From NCBI GenBank assembly GCA_965601925.1, contig OZ271854.1, positions 2,496,001 to 2,560,000 of the forward strand: a stretch of 64,000 bases of DNA, in the 5' to 3' direction. Shown here piece by piece: positions 1-8,976 of this stretch. The notes below the pieces were generated by a model. The model was given only the letters and a program-made list of their open reading frames with translations, made no database searches and was not told the origin of the DNA. Made by a program: the position numbers and the translations under genes. This DNA comes from Alkalispirochaeta sp. (lineage in GTDB: Bacteria; Spirochaetota; Spirochaetia; DSM-27196; Alkalispirochaetaceae). How positions within the stretch are numbered: the first letter of the stretch is position 1; every line of letters begins with the position of its first letter.

Positions 1-222
1 GGGTTTTCCGACGAGTCCGACGAGAGTACGTCCGCGGCGCTACGGGCCGCGCGCGTATGGTCTTCGTTGGGCGAGCACGATCGTGCGATCGTGACTGCGG
101 CCCGGGCCCCCGACGACACGTTCGCGCGCCTTCTCGTCGCAATACCCGCCGTATATCAACCTAATCCCGCGACTCGCGCCGAACTGGAACGTAGGGCGGA
201 ACGGGCGATTCGTACCGGCTAA
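1..222 (+). CDS. C-terminal fragment of a hypothetical (possibly TPR-like helical) protein running in from the window edge
   Basis: Frame 1 is open from base 1 to TAA 220-222 (GFSDESDESTSAALRAARVWSSLGEHDRAIVTAARAP...ERAIRTG*) with typical codon usage; converges on pyrH. Confidence 0.55.
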   Translation, partial: GFSDESDESTSAALRAARVWSSLGEHDRAIVTAARAPDDTFARLLVAIPAVYQPNPATRAELERRAERAIRTG

Positions 223-243
223 GCCCCGCGCCTCGCTACGCGC

Positions 244-954
244 TTACTCGGCCGGACCGATCGTCGTGCCGACGAATGCATCGCCTCGAAGGATCGCTCT
301 TGTGTTGTCGAGATCTCTGCCCCCGGCGGCGATGACTCTGAACCCCTTCTCTCTCGCGCGCTTCGTCGCAATCGGGTCAAACGGAAGGTTGCTTCCCGGC
401 GCCCAGGTCGTACCGACAATGGCGTGAAACTCCTCCCATCCCACCCGCTCGAGCGGTGTCGCCCCCGGATCGACCGCCGGATCGGCCGTATACACGCGGC
501 TGATGTTACTGAGGTTGATGATCGTATCGGCCTCGAATCGTTCGGCAAGCATGACGGCGTCGTAATCGGTGCTGAACCCCGGCTTCCAGCCGGCCGCGAC
601 GAGCACCGAACCGGAAAAGTCGATCCGACCGGTCGGATCGTACACCACCGGATCGAGACACAGCGGCGCAAAGCTGTGTCGCAACAACTCCGCGTTGAGT
701 CGCGTGGCCATGACGCCGATCCAGTCCTGTGCATCGACATCGGCGCCTCGTTCCGCCTGCATCTCGTCCCGATCCGATACGGCGCGGTATGCGGTTTGGT
801 AGCGCCTCGCGGGTGCCCCGCCCCCGACGACGACGATTGCACGTTCCTTCGTTTCACGAATGTGCTCGTCGAGTACGGAGCGGAAGCCGACAATGAGGTC
901 GACATCTACATCGTCGGGTGCGACGATGGAACCACCGAGTGAAATGACAATCAT
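244..954 (-). CDS. pyrH: UMP kinase (archaeal/spirochaete-type)
   Basis: VISLGGS, VVVGGGAPARRYQ, DWIG.MATRLNAEL, GWKPGFSTDYDAV, VYTADP motifs of amino-acid-kinase family UMP kinases. Confidence 0.92.
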   Translation of the reverse strand: MIVISLGGSIVAPDDVDVDLIVGFRSVLDEHIRETKERAIVVVGGGAPARRYQTAYRAVSDRDEMQAERGADVDAQDWIGVMATRLNAELLRHSFAPLCLDPVVYDPTGRIDFSGSVLVAAGWKPGFSTDYDAVMLAERFEADTIINLSNISRVYTADPAVDPGATPLERVGWEEFHAIVGTTWAPGSNLPFDPIATKRAREKGFRVIAAGGRDLDNTRAILRGDAFVGTTIGPAE

Positions 955-1073
955 GACGACATCCTATCGTCTCTTGAAACAACAGTCACGGTGAAGTGGT
1001 GCGCCGCCGCCGCCGCGATCGTCACAGTAGCCGCGTACCTGCGGAGTGATTACTTTGGAGACGGGATGATGAC

Positions 1074-1832
1074 ATGGAAGATTTGACCGAATTGCTTGAC
1101 GAGTGGCCCTACGATGAGGGGAGTAACGTCCGCATAGTCGTTGCGTCCGACGGTAGGAGCGTATTGCAGGTTCGATTGCCCCTCGGCATCGAACAGTACG
1201 AGATGGAGGGCCGCCCCGATCGGCAGCGCCACCATGAGTTCGATACCGTTCTCGAGTACATGCAAGATCGGCTCAAGCGCTATATCGTGGAACATGGATC
1301 CGATACCGGGTTTGAAGTATCCGAGGACGATGCAAGCGAGCTACAGGCCGAGGGTGTGCTTTTTTACTACCGATACCTCCTGCTTTATCAGGTGCAGTAC
1401 TACGATATGGTGATCCGCGACACGGAACACAACATCAATCTGTGCGATATGCTCGAGCGCTATTGCCGCAATGAGGAGGCGCGAAACGCCGTGCTTCAGT
1501 TTCGCCCGTATATCCTGCGGATGAACGCAGCCTCCCGTGCGATGGCGGTGGGGCAAGGTACGCTCGCCGGCGACCGGCGGCGCATTCTGTCGGACGCGAT
1601 CGAGCGGATCGAAGGCCTCGAGGAGATCGACAGTCCGGCGTTTCAGTTCGAGCGGGTGCGGTCGATCAACTATCTGCGATCGGTGATGCGCTCGTTGGAA
1701 GGAGAGAGTGAGCAGTCGCTGGAAGATGAGCTTCACGAGGCGATCGAGGCCGAAGAGTACGAGCGAGCCGCGCGCATCCGCGACCGTTTGCGAGATCGCG
1801 ACGATATCGATCGTGTTGACAAAGAGCGGTAA
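1074..1832 (+). CDS. UvrB/UvrC-motif-containing protein
   Basis: C-terminal LEDELHEAIEAEEYERAARIRDRL UVR coiled-coil motif; N-terminal LQVRLPLGIEQYEMEGRPD. Confidence 0.8.
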   Translation: MEDLTELLDEWPYDEGSNVRIVVASDGRSVLQVRLPLGIEQYEMEGRPDRQRHHEFDTVLEYMQDRLKRYIVEHGSDTGFEVSEDDASELQAEGVLFYYRYLLLYQVQYYDMVIRDTEHNINLCDMLERYCRNEEARNAVLQFRPYILRMNAASRAMAVGQGTLAGDRRRILSDAIERIEGLEEIDSPAFQFERVRSINYLRSVMRSLEGESEQSLEDELHEAIEAEEYERAARIRDRLRDRDDIDRVDKER

Positions 1833-1854
1833 GTCGTTAGACTACCATTATAAT
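1816..1854 (+). promoter_or_regulatory. sigma70-type promoter for lolA-rodZ-rimO
   Basis: TTGACA 1816-1821, TAGACT 1838-1843 (16 nt spacer); additional TATAAT 1849-1854. Confidence 0.55.
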
Positions 1855-1877
1855 CCGATTGTCCTGGGCTAATAACC

Positions 1878-2552
1878 TTGAAAATATTTGCATTCGTTGT
1901 TACAGCGTTGAGCGTTTCGTTCGCCCTGTACGCACAAGAAATTCAAACTGCCGCCGCCTTTTTCGAACAAGTCTCGGTCCGCTACGGTGAGATTGAGGAT
2001 TACAGCGCGACGTTGACCATCACTACCGACGAGTCGGTGATGAACGGCCGTCTCGAATATCGCATTCCTAACCAGGTGCGTATCGACTTTGAGGAGCCCG
2101 CCGGGCAAATTCTCGTCTCCGACGGTGAGAACTTACAAGTGTATATTCCACAGTTTAACGTCGTACTACAACAGCCGTTGCGCAGACGGACCGACGAGGC
2201 GCTGGCGACGTTGGCCAACGAGCAGGGACTGAACCTTCTGAGACAGAACTACAGTATCGCCTTTCTCGACAGTCCGTCGCCCGTCCCCTTGGAGACGGGA
2301 TCCGAGGAGTTGGTTACGAAGTTGCGACTCAACTGGCGCAACTCGACCGAAGGATATCGGCAGCTGATCATCTCGATCGACGACGATCTGCTCATTCGCC
2401 GTATCATCGGTGTGACGGCCAACTATCAGGAAATTCAATTCGATTTTGATGAGTTTCGAATTAACGAGGGAATTCCCGATTCGCGATTCGAATACGAGGC
2501 GCCCTCTTCGGCGAACCTCTTTACCAACTTCCTGTTCGAGGGTGAGGGCTGA
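1878..2552 (+). CDS. lolA: Outer-membrane lipoprotein carrier protein LolA
   Basis: TTG start, signal peptide, YRIPNQVRIDFEEPAGQILVSDGENLQVYIP and NEGIPDSRFEY LolA-like segments; lolA-rodZ-rimO synteny. Confidence 0.82.
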   Translation: MKIFAFVVTALSVSFALYAQEIQTAAAFFEQVSVRYGEIEDYSATLTITTDESVMNGRLEYRIPNQVRIDFEEPAGQILVSDGENLQVYIPQFNVVLQQPLRRRTDEALATLANEQGLNLLRQNYSIAFLDSPSPVPLETGSEELVTKLRLNWRNSTEGYRQLIISIDDDLLIRRIIGVTANYQEIQFDFDEFRINEGIPDSRFEYEAPSSANLFTNFLFEGEG

Positions 2553-2554
2553 GA

Positions 2555-3667
2555 GTGGATGCGATCGGTGCCAAGCTGAGCGGCGCCCGAGAAGCTAAGG
2601 GCGTCAGTATCGAGCAAGCGGCTCGAGATACCCACATCGCAAAACGTTTCATCGAAGCGCTGGAGCGCGAGGATTTCGACCTCTTCCCCGGCGAAGTGTA
2701 CCTCCTGGGATTCATTCGCAGCTACTCCGGCTACCTCGGACTCAACAGCGAAGATATCATTTCTCTGTACCATAATATCCGCCTCCAAGAGCAGCCGGCA
2801 CCGATCGACGAGCTGCTCGATCGACGTCCCCGTCGAGAGGGAATGAAGTTCGTTATCATCGGTATCGCGGCGTTGCTGATCGTCGGCGCGATCGTACTTC
2901 TGTCGGCGTCCGGGATCGTCTCATTGCGACGTGCAGCCACCGAGGAGCCGGTCGAAAATCCGACAATGGAGGCGCTTGTCCTCAACGAGCAGTTCGTCGA
3001 GCGGCGATTCGTCGAGGGAAGCAGAGTCGCTGTGCCGCTGGACGGCGAACAAGTGCTGTTGGAGTTTGTCTCAATCGGAGAACGCGTAGCGGTAGGAAGT
3101 GACGCCGGCATCGTACAGCTTGACGTCGGCGAAGAGCGCATGCTCGACATAACCGGCGAAGGGTCCGGTGACGTTAGTCTCGTAATCCGCCAGATTTACG
3201 GCGAGGAGATGCCGCCGGCCGTCGTCGCGCGCGTCGATCGAATCGTCGTCGCGCAGCAACCGGTAAGCAATGTTCAACCTCTCGCCGAGCTCACCGAGGC
3301 GGAGCGTACCGAGCTGGCGCTCGGACGCACCGCCGAACCGAGTCGGGAGCGCGAACCGGTAGTGGTGGCGCAGTTTGATGCGCCCCAGGAGTACTTCATC
3401 GAGGCGGACTTTCGCGGCCTTACGATGTTTCGGTGGGAGATCGACGACTTACCTCAGGAGGAACGCTATCTCCAGAACGGCGATCGCGTTCGCACCGGAG
3501 TCCAGGATACCGCGCGAATCTGGACCAGCAACGCCGGAAACGTCCGCATGCGAGTAGCGGGCAATCCGATTGAACTCGGACGGCAAGGCGAGATCGTCGC
3601 GGTGATGCTACGGTGGAACGCCGCGGCCGACGGCGGATTTCAACTCGAGCTGCTTCCCCTATACTGA
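2555..3667 (+). CDS. rodZ: RodZ-like HTH membrane protein
   Basis: N-terminal HTH (IGAKLSGAREAKGVSIEQAARDTHIAKRFIEALERE..FPGEVYLLGFIRSYS.YLGL), single TM helix, C-terminal SNAGNV DUF4115-like domain. Confidence 0.8.
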   Translation: MDAIGAKLSGAREAKGVSIEQAARDTHIAKRFIEALEREDFDLFPGEVYLLGFIRSYSGYLGLNSEDIISLYHNIRLQEQPAPIDELLDRRPRREGMKFVIIGIAALLIVGAIVLLSASGIVSLRRAATEEPVENPTMEALVLNEQFVERRFVEGSRVAVPLDGEQVLLEFVSIGERVAVGSDAGIVQLDVGEERMLDITGEGSGDVSLVIRQIYGEEMPPAVVARVDRIVVAQQPVSNVQPLAELTEAERTELALGRTAEPSREREPVVVAQFDAPQEYFIEADFRGLTMFRWEIDDLPQEERYLQNGDRVRTGVQDTARIWTSNAGNVRMRVAGNPIELGRQGEIVAVMLRWNAAADGGFQLELLPLY

Positions 3668-3685
3668 CACACGCGAAGGAAGATC

Positions 3686-5080
3686 ATGACTATCTCTCAC
3701 GGAGCGGACACGGTCGAATCGGCGACGCCGTCCGCGGGTACGGTATATATTGAGAACCTCGGTTGTGCAAAGAACCAGGTCGATGCGGAGATCATGGGTA
3801 ATCGCCTCGAGGAGGCCGGATGGCGTTGGATCGATAACCCGGAGTCCGCCGATCTGATCATCGTCAATACATGCGGGTTTATCGAGTCGGCTCAACAAGA
3901 GTCGATCGACGTTACCCTCGATCTGGCGGCACGATTTCCCGATACTTCCATCGCCCTGGCCGGGTGTCTGGCCCAACGGTATGCAGATGATATCCGGAGC
4001 GGTATGCGCGAGCTTGCCGGGGTCTTCGGCAATCGCGACCCCCAGCGGATAACGGAGTTTGTCGACCTGCTTGCGAAGGCGCCGGCCTCAAAGGAGAACG
4101 CGGAGCCGGTCGTGTGGCTTCCACCGGGTGAAGAGACGTTGCGCGGCGATATGCGTCGCCGGCGACTGTCGCACCCGCGTTCGACGTACCTAAAGGTCGC
4201 CGAAGGGTGCGACCACGGGTGCAGCTTCTGCGCCATACCGACGATTCGCGGTGCGTTGCGGCTGCGAGAGCGCGCCGATATCATGCGGGAGTTCCGCTCG
4301 CTTCGACGGGACAACGTCTTCGAGTTCAACCTTGTCGCACAAGATCTGGCGGCGTGGCGCGATGCGGAGCGCACCGGGGAGGGGATCACCGCGCTTCTCG
4401 ACGCCATGCTGGCCGAACCGGGACAGTTCTGGATCAGACTCTTATACCTGTATCCCGACACATTTCCCGAGGAACTGTTGCAGCACGTGGCGTCCGATAG
4501 TCGTCTCGTGCCGTATTTCGATCTCTCGTTTCAGCACGCCGCCTCGTCGATTTTGCGCCGCATGGGGCGTCCGGGAACGGCCGAGGCGTATCTCTCCCTC
4601 ATCGAGCGTATTCGGATTGCAGTGCCCGACGTTGCATTGCGTTCGAGTTTTATCGTCGGATTTCCCGGCGAGACCGAGGCCGAGTTCGAGGAGTTGCTCG
4701 CCTTCATTCGAGCCGCGCGTCTGGAATGGGTCGGCGTGTTTACGTTCAGTCCGCAAGAAGACACACGCGCCGCGACGATGAGCGTCCCGTTTGTGCCGGC
4801 CGAGGAGGGCGAACTCCGCCGGGAGCGCCTCATGGCCGAGCAAGAGTCGATCATGACCGAGCGGCTCGAACGGTTCGTCGGCCGCACGCTCCCCGTTCTC
4901 GTCGAGGAGCCGATCCCCAACGGTGGGGTGGCGCTTGCTCGCTCACCGCAGCAAGCACCTGAGGTCGATGGACTCGTGGTTGTGCGCGGCGGCGGGGATC
5001 TGGAGCCCGGCGACGTCGCTGAGGTGACGATCACCGGTGTGTCCGGCGCCGATCTACTGGGCCGTGTGGCACGCTCTTAG
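3686..5080 (+). CDS. rimO: Ribosomal protein S12 methylthiotransferase RimO
   Basis: LGCAKNQVDAE, VNTCGFIESAQQES, radical-SAM EGCDHGCSFCAIP, C-terminal APEVDG TRAM region. Confidence 0.92.
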   Translation: MTISHGADTVESATPSAGTVYIENLGCAKNQVDAEIMGNRLEEAGWRWIDNPESADLIIVNTCGFIESAQQESIDVTLDLAARFPDTSIALAGCLAQRYADDIRSGMRELAGVFGNRDPQRITEFVDLLAKAPASKENAEPVVWLPPGEETLRGDMRRRRLSHPRSTYLKVAEGCDHGCSFCAIPTIRGALRLRERADIMREFRSLRRDNVFEFNLVAQDLAAWRDAERTGEGITALLDAMLAEPGQFWIRLLYLYPDTFPEELLQHVASDSRLVPYFDLSFQHAASSILRRMGRPGTAEAYLSLIERIRIAVPDVALRSSFIVGFPGETEAEFEELLAFIRAARLEWVGVFTFSPQEDTRAATMSVPFVPAEEGELRRERLMAEQESIMTERLERFVGRTLPVLVEEPIPNGGVALARSPQQAPEVDGLVVVRGGGDLEPGDVAEVTITGVSGADLLGRVARS

Positions 5081-5108
5081 GGTGCGATACGCACGCGTCG
5101 ATCAAGCG

Positions 5109-6761
5109 CTATCGTGTCGGCGCCACTCTCCGCTTGAGCGCCTCGAGCCGATCGGTTTGCTTCGCCGAAAGCGGCGCTCGTTCCAGTTGGGCGGCCAAAA
5201 TCCAAAAGTCATCGCGGTATTTGCGAATTTTCAAACGTTGGAGGAGCCTGAGCGCACGGTCCCAGTCCCCACGATCGATCATCGAGCGGGCCGCCTCCAC
5301 CGGTCCGCCGCTGGCGCGCTCGATACGTCTTTGCGCGGCGCCGGTGTGTTCTCCGTCCGCGGGTAGGGACACGGTCGTGACGCGCAATTGATCGTCCAGC
5401 ATAAGCGACTCGCCGGTCGGGCCTTCGAGCGTCCATGAATCGGTCCCGTTCGGCGTGATCGTTCCACCGGCGTCGATCCACCGTTCGGGAATTACGTATC
5501 GGTTATGGAGCTCTCGCTGCGCCGAAAGCGCCTCTATCGACGATAGAATGTCGCGTCGTTCGGCGACCGACTGCCGGCACGCGCGGAACACGACAAACAG
5601 ATACTCATTGGTGCGGACGGCACCCTGCGTCGCCTTGCCGCCTCGAAACTTGTGGTACTCTCGACTCATGAGTCGGACGGTGTTCGTACCGTCCTCGCTC
5701 AACATCTCGAACAGCTCCGTCGGGTTGATAATCCCATCGTTGTTGTACGACACAAGAAGGGACGCGGTGTCCACCGCATCGAGGAAACGACCGAACGCGC
5801 GTTGCGCAGCGTCGTTTGACTTGCGGCAGAAATCGGAGCGATAGTGGTCACGCCTGATACCTGCGCGTCTTCCGTGTCCGACCGGGCCGGGATCGTATCG
5901 GTCTCCGCGGACCGCGGAGGTAAGCAGGTGGTAGTTGGCGCCGTACTGGTGGACGGTGTAGGGCGGGTCGGCGTACACGAGGTCGTACCGGACGCCCGCG
6001 TCGCGCACGATCTCCTCGGCGGGGCCTACTGTCATGCGTCCCCGCGGGCCGACGATCAGATTGAGGGGTTCGAGCCGGATCGGCGCCATAATCCGGCTCA
6101 GCGCATCACCCCCGCGACCGCCCCAGCCGTGGTGAAACCCTTTCATGACACCCGACGTATTGATATGGATGCTCATTTCCACGAGCACGCTCGCAAGGAG
6201 AATATCGCGACGTATCCGCGCTTGCCGAGATCCGTTCTCGGAGTCGAGTAGACGCCTTGCGCCGGAACCGAACGCACCGCCGTGAATCGCCGAGATTGCA
6301 GCATCGATTCGGAGGGCGTTCTCTCGTGTATAAAAAAGACGTTCGCGCGCCGGATCCGCGTCCTCGGTGGCGCGCGGGGCGTAGTATCGTGCGAAATACT
6401 CGTCCCGCGCATCCTCGGGACGCGCGTGCGCGTTCAAGGAGGAGAGGACGCGCTGATAACCGCCGAACTCGGAAAACAGCGTTTCAACCTCACGGCGATC
6501 CGTCTCCAAGAAGGCGACACCGAAGGGCCGCGTGTAGTCCTCGACGTCGGATGAATGAACTTCCAGCCCCGCTATTCGCCCCAGGCGGCTCACCACACCG
6601 GAGCCCGAGAAGGGATCGGCCATGCGGCGCGGCATACCGCGGGCTTCCGCCACTACCTCCATTCCTTGCCAGATAAACGGGATGAGCGAGCGTTTGTTGC
6701 CCAAATAGGTGATGAGGCCCGTACGCAGGGCGGGATGGTCGAGCACGTGCTGGTCCAGCAT
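5109..6761 (-). CDS. Orphan N6-adenine DNA methyltransferase (alpha group, FokI/NlaIII-like) with C-terminal extension
   Basis: YLGNK (motif X), DPFSGSG (motif I), DLVYADPPY (motif IV), YGANYHLL, LLVSYNNDG; start placed at ATG 6761 from the promoter geometry. Confidence 0.85.
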   Translation of the reverse strand: MLDQHVLDHPALRTGLITYLGNKRSLIPFIWQGMEVVAEARGMPRRMADPFSGSGVVSRLGRIAGLEVHSSDVEDYTRPFGVAFLETDRREVETLFSEFGGYQRVLSSLNAHARPEDARDEYFARYYAPRATEDADPARERLFYTRENALRIDAAISAIHGGAFGSGARRLLDSENGSRQARIRRDILLASVLVEMSIHINTSGVMKGFHHGWGGRGGDALSRIMAPIRLEPLNLIVGPRGRMTVGPAEEIVRDAGVRYDLVYADPPYTVHQYGANYHLLTSAVRGDRYDPGPVGHGRRAGIRRDHYRSDFCRKSNDAAQRAFGRFLDAVDTASLLVSYNNDGIINPTELFEMLSEDGTNTVRLMSREYHKFRGGKATQGAVRTNEYLFVVFRACRQSVAERRDILSSIEALSAQRELHNRYVIPERWIDAGGTITPNGTDSWTLEGPTGESLMLDDQLRVTTVSLPADGEHTGAAQRRIERASGGPVEAARSMIDRGDWDRALRLLQRLKIRKYRDDFWILAAQLERAPLSAKQTDRLEALKRRVAPTR

Positions 6762-6768
6762 GACTGAG

Positions 6769-6797
6769 AGCATGTGTCGCCGCGCTCGCGTTGTCAA
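6769..6797 (-). promoter_or_regulatory. sigma70-type promoter of the methyltransferase (leaderless geometry)
   Basis: TTGACA 6797-6792, 17 nt, CATGCT 6774-6769, 7 nt, ATG 6761. Confidence 0.6.
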
Positions 6798-6953
6798 TCG
6801 TGCCGCGACGAGGTAGAGCCGTACGGATTTGTACCATACCTGTGCCGAGTAGCCGCCTGTCTATGACTCATGGTCATTTTTTGTCCGGAAAAAGAATATT
6901 GACATATCGTCGGTTCCGGGATAAACGTGCTACAAAAAGCGGCGGTACATATT

Positions 6954-7589
6954 ATGGGGATCACGGAACGAAGGGAACGCGAAAAAACGATGCGGCGCAA
7001 CGCGATTATCGAAGGTGCGGAGGAGTTATTCTTTCGTAACGGATACGATAAGACGCGTATGCTCGAGATCGCCGACTATTGCGAACTCAGTAAGGGCTCA
7101 TTATATCTCTACTTCAATAACAAGGAAGATCTCGCGCACGCCGTCGTTTCCAGGAGCCATAGCATTCTGCTTAACCTCCTGCAGGAGGGCGCCGACCGCG
7201 GCGAAACGGGCCTGGAGAAGGTCAAGGAGATGTTAGAGGCGTTCGTAACCTTTTACGGCGAGTATAATCGAGCGTTCAGCCTCTCGTTTTTACTTGAAAG
7301 TAAGTTACGTAGCGTTCCCCCCGACGGTCATCGATGGACGGACTACATCGATCGAATCCATGCATTGACCGCCGCCGTACTACGCCAAGGGATGCACGAC
7401 GGATCGATTCGGAGCGATATCGATCCCGAGCTCGCCGCCATCACCTACATGAACGCCGCGGAGGGCTTCTTTCATCGCATTGCGTTCCGTTCGAAGATGG
7501 CCGCCATTCACGGGTACAGCGCCGAGCAGCTCGTTCGCGAGCTTTTCACGATTCTTGCCAACTCGCTCACGCCTACGGTCGAATCGTGA
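6954..7589 (+). CDS. TetR/AcrR family transcriptional regulator
   Basis: MGITERREREK..RRNAIIEGAEELF...GYDKTRMLEIADYCELSKGSLYLYFNNKEDL TetR HTH; TTGACA at 6899-6904 upstream. Confidence 0.9.
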   Translation: MGITERREREKTMRRNAIIEGAEELFFRNGYDKTRMLEIADYCELSKGSLYLYFNNKEDLAHAVVSRSHSILLNLLQEGADRGETGLEKVKEMLEAFVTFYGEYNRAFSLSFLLESKLRSVPPDGHRWTDYIDRIHALTAAVLRQGMHDGSIRSDIDPELAAITYMNAAEGFFHRIAFRSKMAAIHGYSAEQLVRELFTILANSLTPTVES

Positions 7590-7623
7590 ACGTCAGTACC
7601 GGGATGATGCCGGAGGATCGGAG

Positions 7624-8688
7624 GTGAAGCGTGTACTCTTTTTCTACCACCTGGCGAGGGAGTTTCCCGAGGAGATAGCGCGTATCGAGGCGCGGTTCCC
7701 TGAGATTGACTTTGTCGTCGCCGATACCGATGAGGAGTTTTCAGCGCGCGTGACCACCTCCGAGGTGATCGTGGCGCCGCCGCAGCCGCGATCGGTTTTG
7801 GAGCGCACTATCGTCAACGGCGCAGCGACGCTTCGGGTGCACATCGTTCCCTTTGCAGGCGTTAACAGGGCGCCCCTGGAGTGGTATGCCGCCAACGCCG
7901 TGGCACTTGCCGTCTCACACGGTAATGCGGCCGTGGTCGGCGAGCGGGCCGTTGCGTTGATGTACGCCGCCGCCGGCAGGGTCGTCGAATTTGATCGTGA
8001 TCTGCGAGTGGGGCGTTGGCACCGGCGGAACGACGACGTACGCCCCTTCGACTATTGGCGCAGCCTCACCGCGTCACGTATCGTCGTTTTGGGAACCGGC
8101 GCCATCGGACGGCGGATCGCCGAGCTGACCGCGCCGCTGGCGAGAAGTGTGGCCCGCGCGGGCGGCCGCGGGGAGATCGTGGGGTTTCGACGCGGCGGCG
8201 CGACGGCACCGCGCGGCAACGGTGGACTCACAGACGACCGGATCTTCGATCGCGTGACATCCGATCTGGCGACCGCCGCGGCGAACGCGGACGTGCTGTT
8301 CCTGGCCCTTCCCTTGACCGGCGAGACGCGCGGTATCGTTACGCGCGACCTTCTGGCCGGGACGAATCGTGCCGTGTTGGTAAACATCGGGCGGGCGGAG
8401 CTCATCGACGAGGACGACTTGTTCGCCGCGTTGACCGACGGGACGCTCTCCTCGGCCGGTCTCGACGTCTGGTATCGCAGCCCCAAGCCCTTCTGGAACG
8501 AGGGGCCGGAAGCGATGCCGAGCACACGACCCTTTCACGAGCTTGCCAACGTCGTGCTGTCGCCTCACGCGGCGAGCCACTGTGAGGAGGGAAAACGCGG
8601 CCAACTACTCGGGGCATTGACGAGTCTCGAGGAGTATCTCTCTACGGGTCGGGTCGCCGGCGCGGTCGATATCGAGCGCGGGTATTAG
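7624..8688 (+). CDS. D-isomer-specific 2-hydroxyacid dehydrogenase family protein
   Basis: GTG start after GGAG; VLGTGAIG Rossmann motif, LPLTGETRG, VNIGRA, AGLDVWY, LSPH. Confidence 0.87.
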   Translation: MKRVLFFYHLAREFPEEIARIEARFPEIDFVVADTDEEFSARVTTSEVIVAPPQPRSVLERTIVNGAATLRVHIVPFAGVNRAPLEWYAANAVALAVSHGNAAVVGERAVALMYAAAGRVVEFDRDLRVGRWHRRNDDVRPFDYWRSLTASRIVVLGTGAIGRRIAELTAPLARSVARAGGRGEIVGFRRGGATAPRGNGGLTDDRIFDRVTSDLATAAANADVLFLALPLTGETRGIVTRDLLAGTNRAVLVNIGRAELIDEDDLFAALTDGTLSSAGLDVWYRSPKPFWNEGPEAMPSTRPFHELANVVLSPHAASHCEEGKRGQLLGALTSLEEYLSTGRVAGAVDIERGY

Positions 8689-8926
8689 CCGAGAGGCGAC
8701 GGGCGGTGTTTCGACGGATCGCACGGTGTAGCCGGCCGTCACGCGCACCGGGACGACGACGCCGAGACGACGCGTCACGGTGACCGCGGAGCCCGTCGAT
8801 CGACAAAGTACGACGGTAATGTCGGTATCGGTTCCGGCGTATACTCGCCGTCCGGACCGCTCGACGGTGCCGCGCTTGTTGATCGTGTCCGATGGTGAAA
8901 GAGGCGCTTTTTCGTCGTACCGCGCG

Positions 8927-8955
8927 AAAAAAAGGCCGCCCGTGAGGGCGGCCTT
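8927..8955 (-). terminator. Rho-independent terminator of the 8977-10008 gene
   Basis: AAGGCCGCCC-GTGA-GGGCGGCCTT stem with A7 on + strand (U7 on - strand). Confidence 0.85.
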
Positions 8956-8976
8956 CTGCAAGAGCGAATCCTCCGC

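Noticed and set aside
8605..8961. 118-aa minus-strand ORF in the dehydrogenase/beta-barrel spacer
   Set aside because: Starts inside the terminator hairpin, overlaps the dehydrogenase antisense, no RBS or motif
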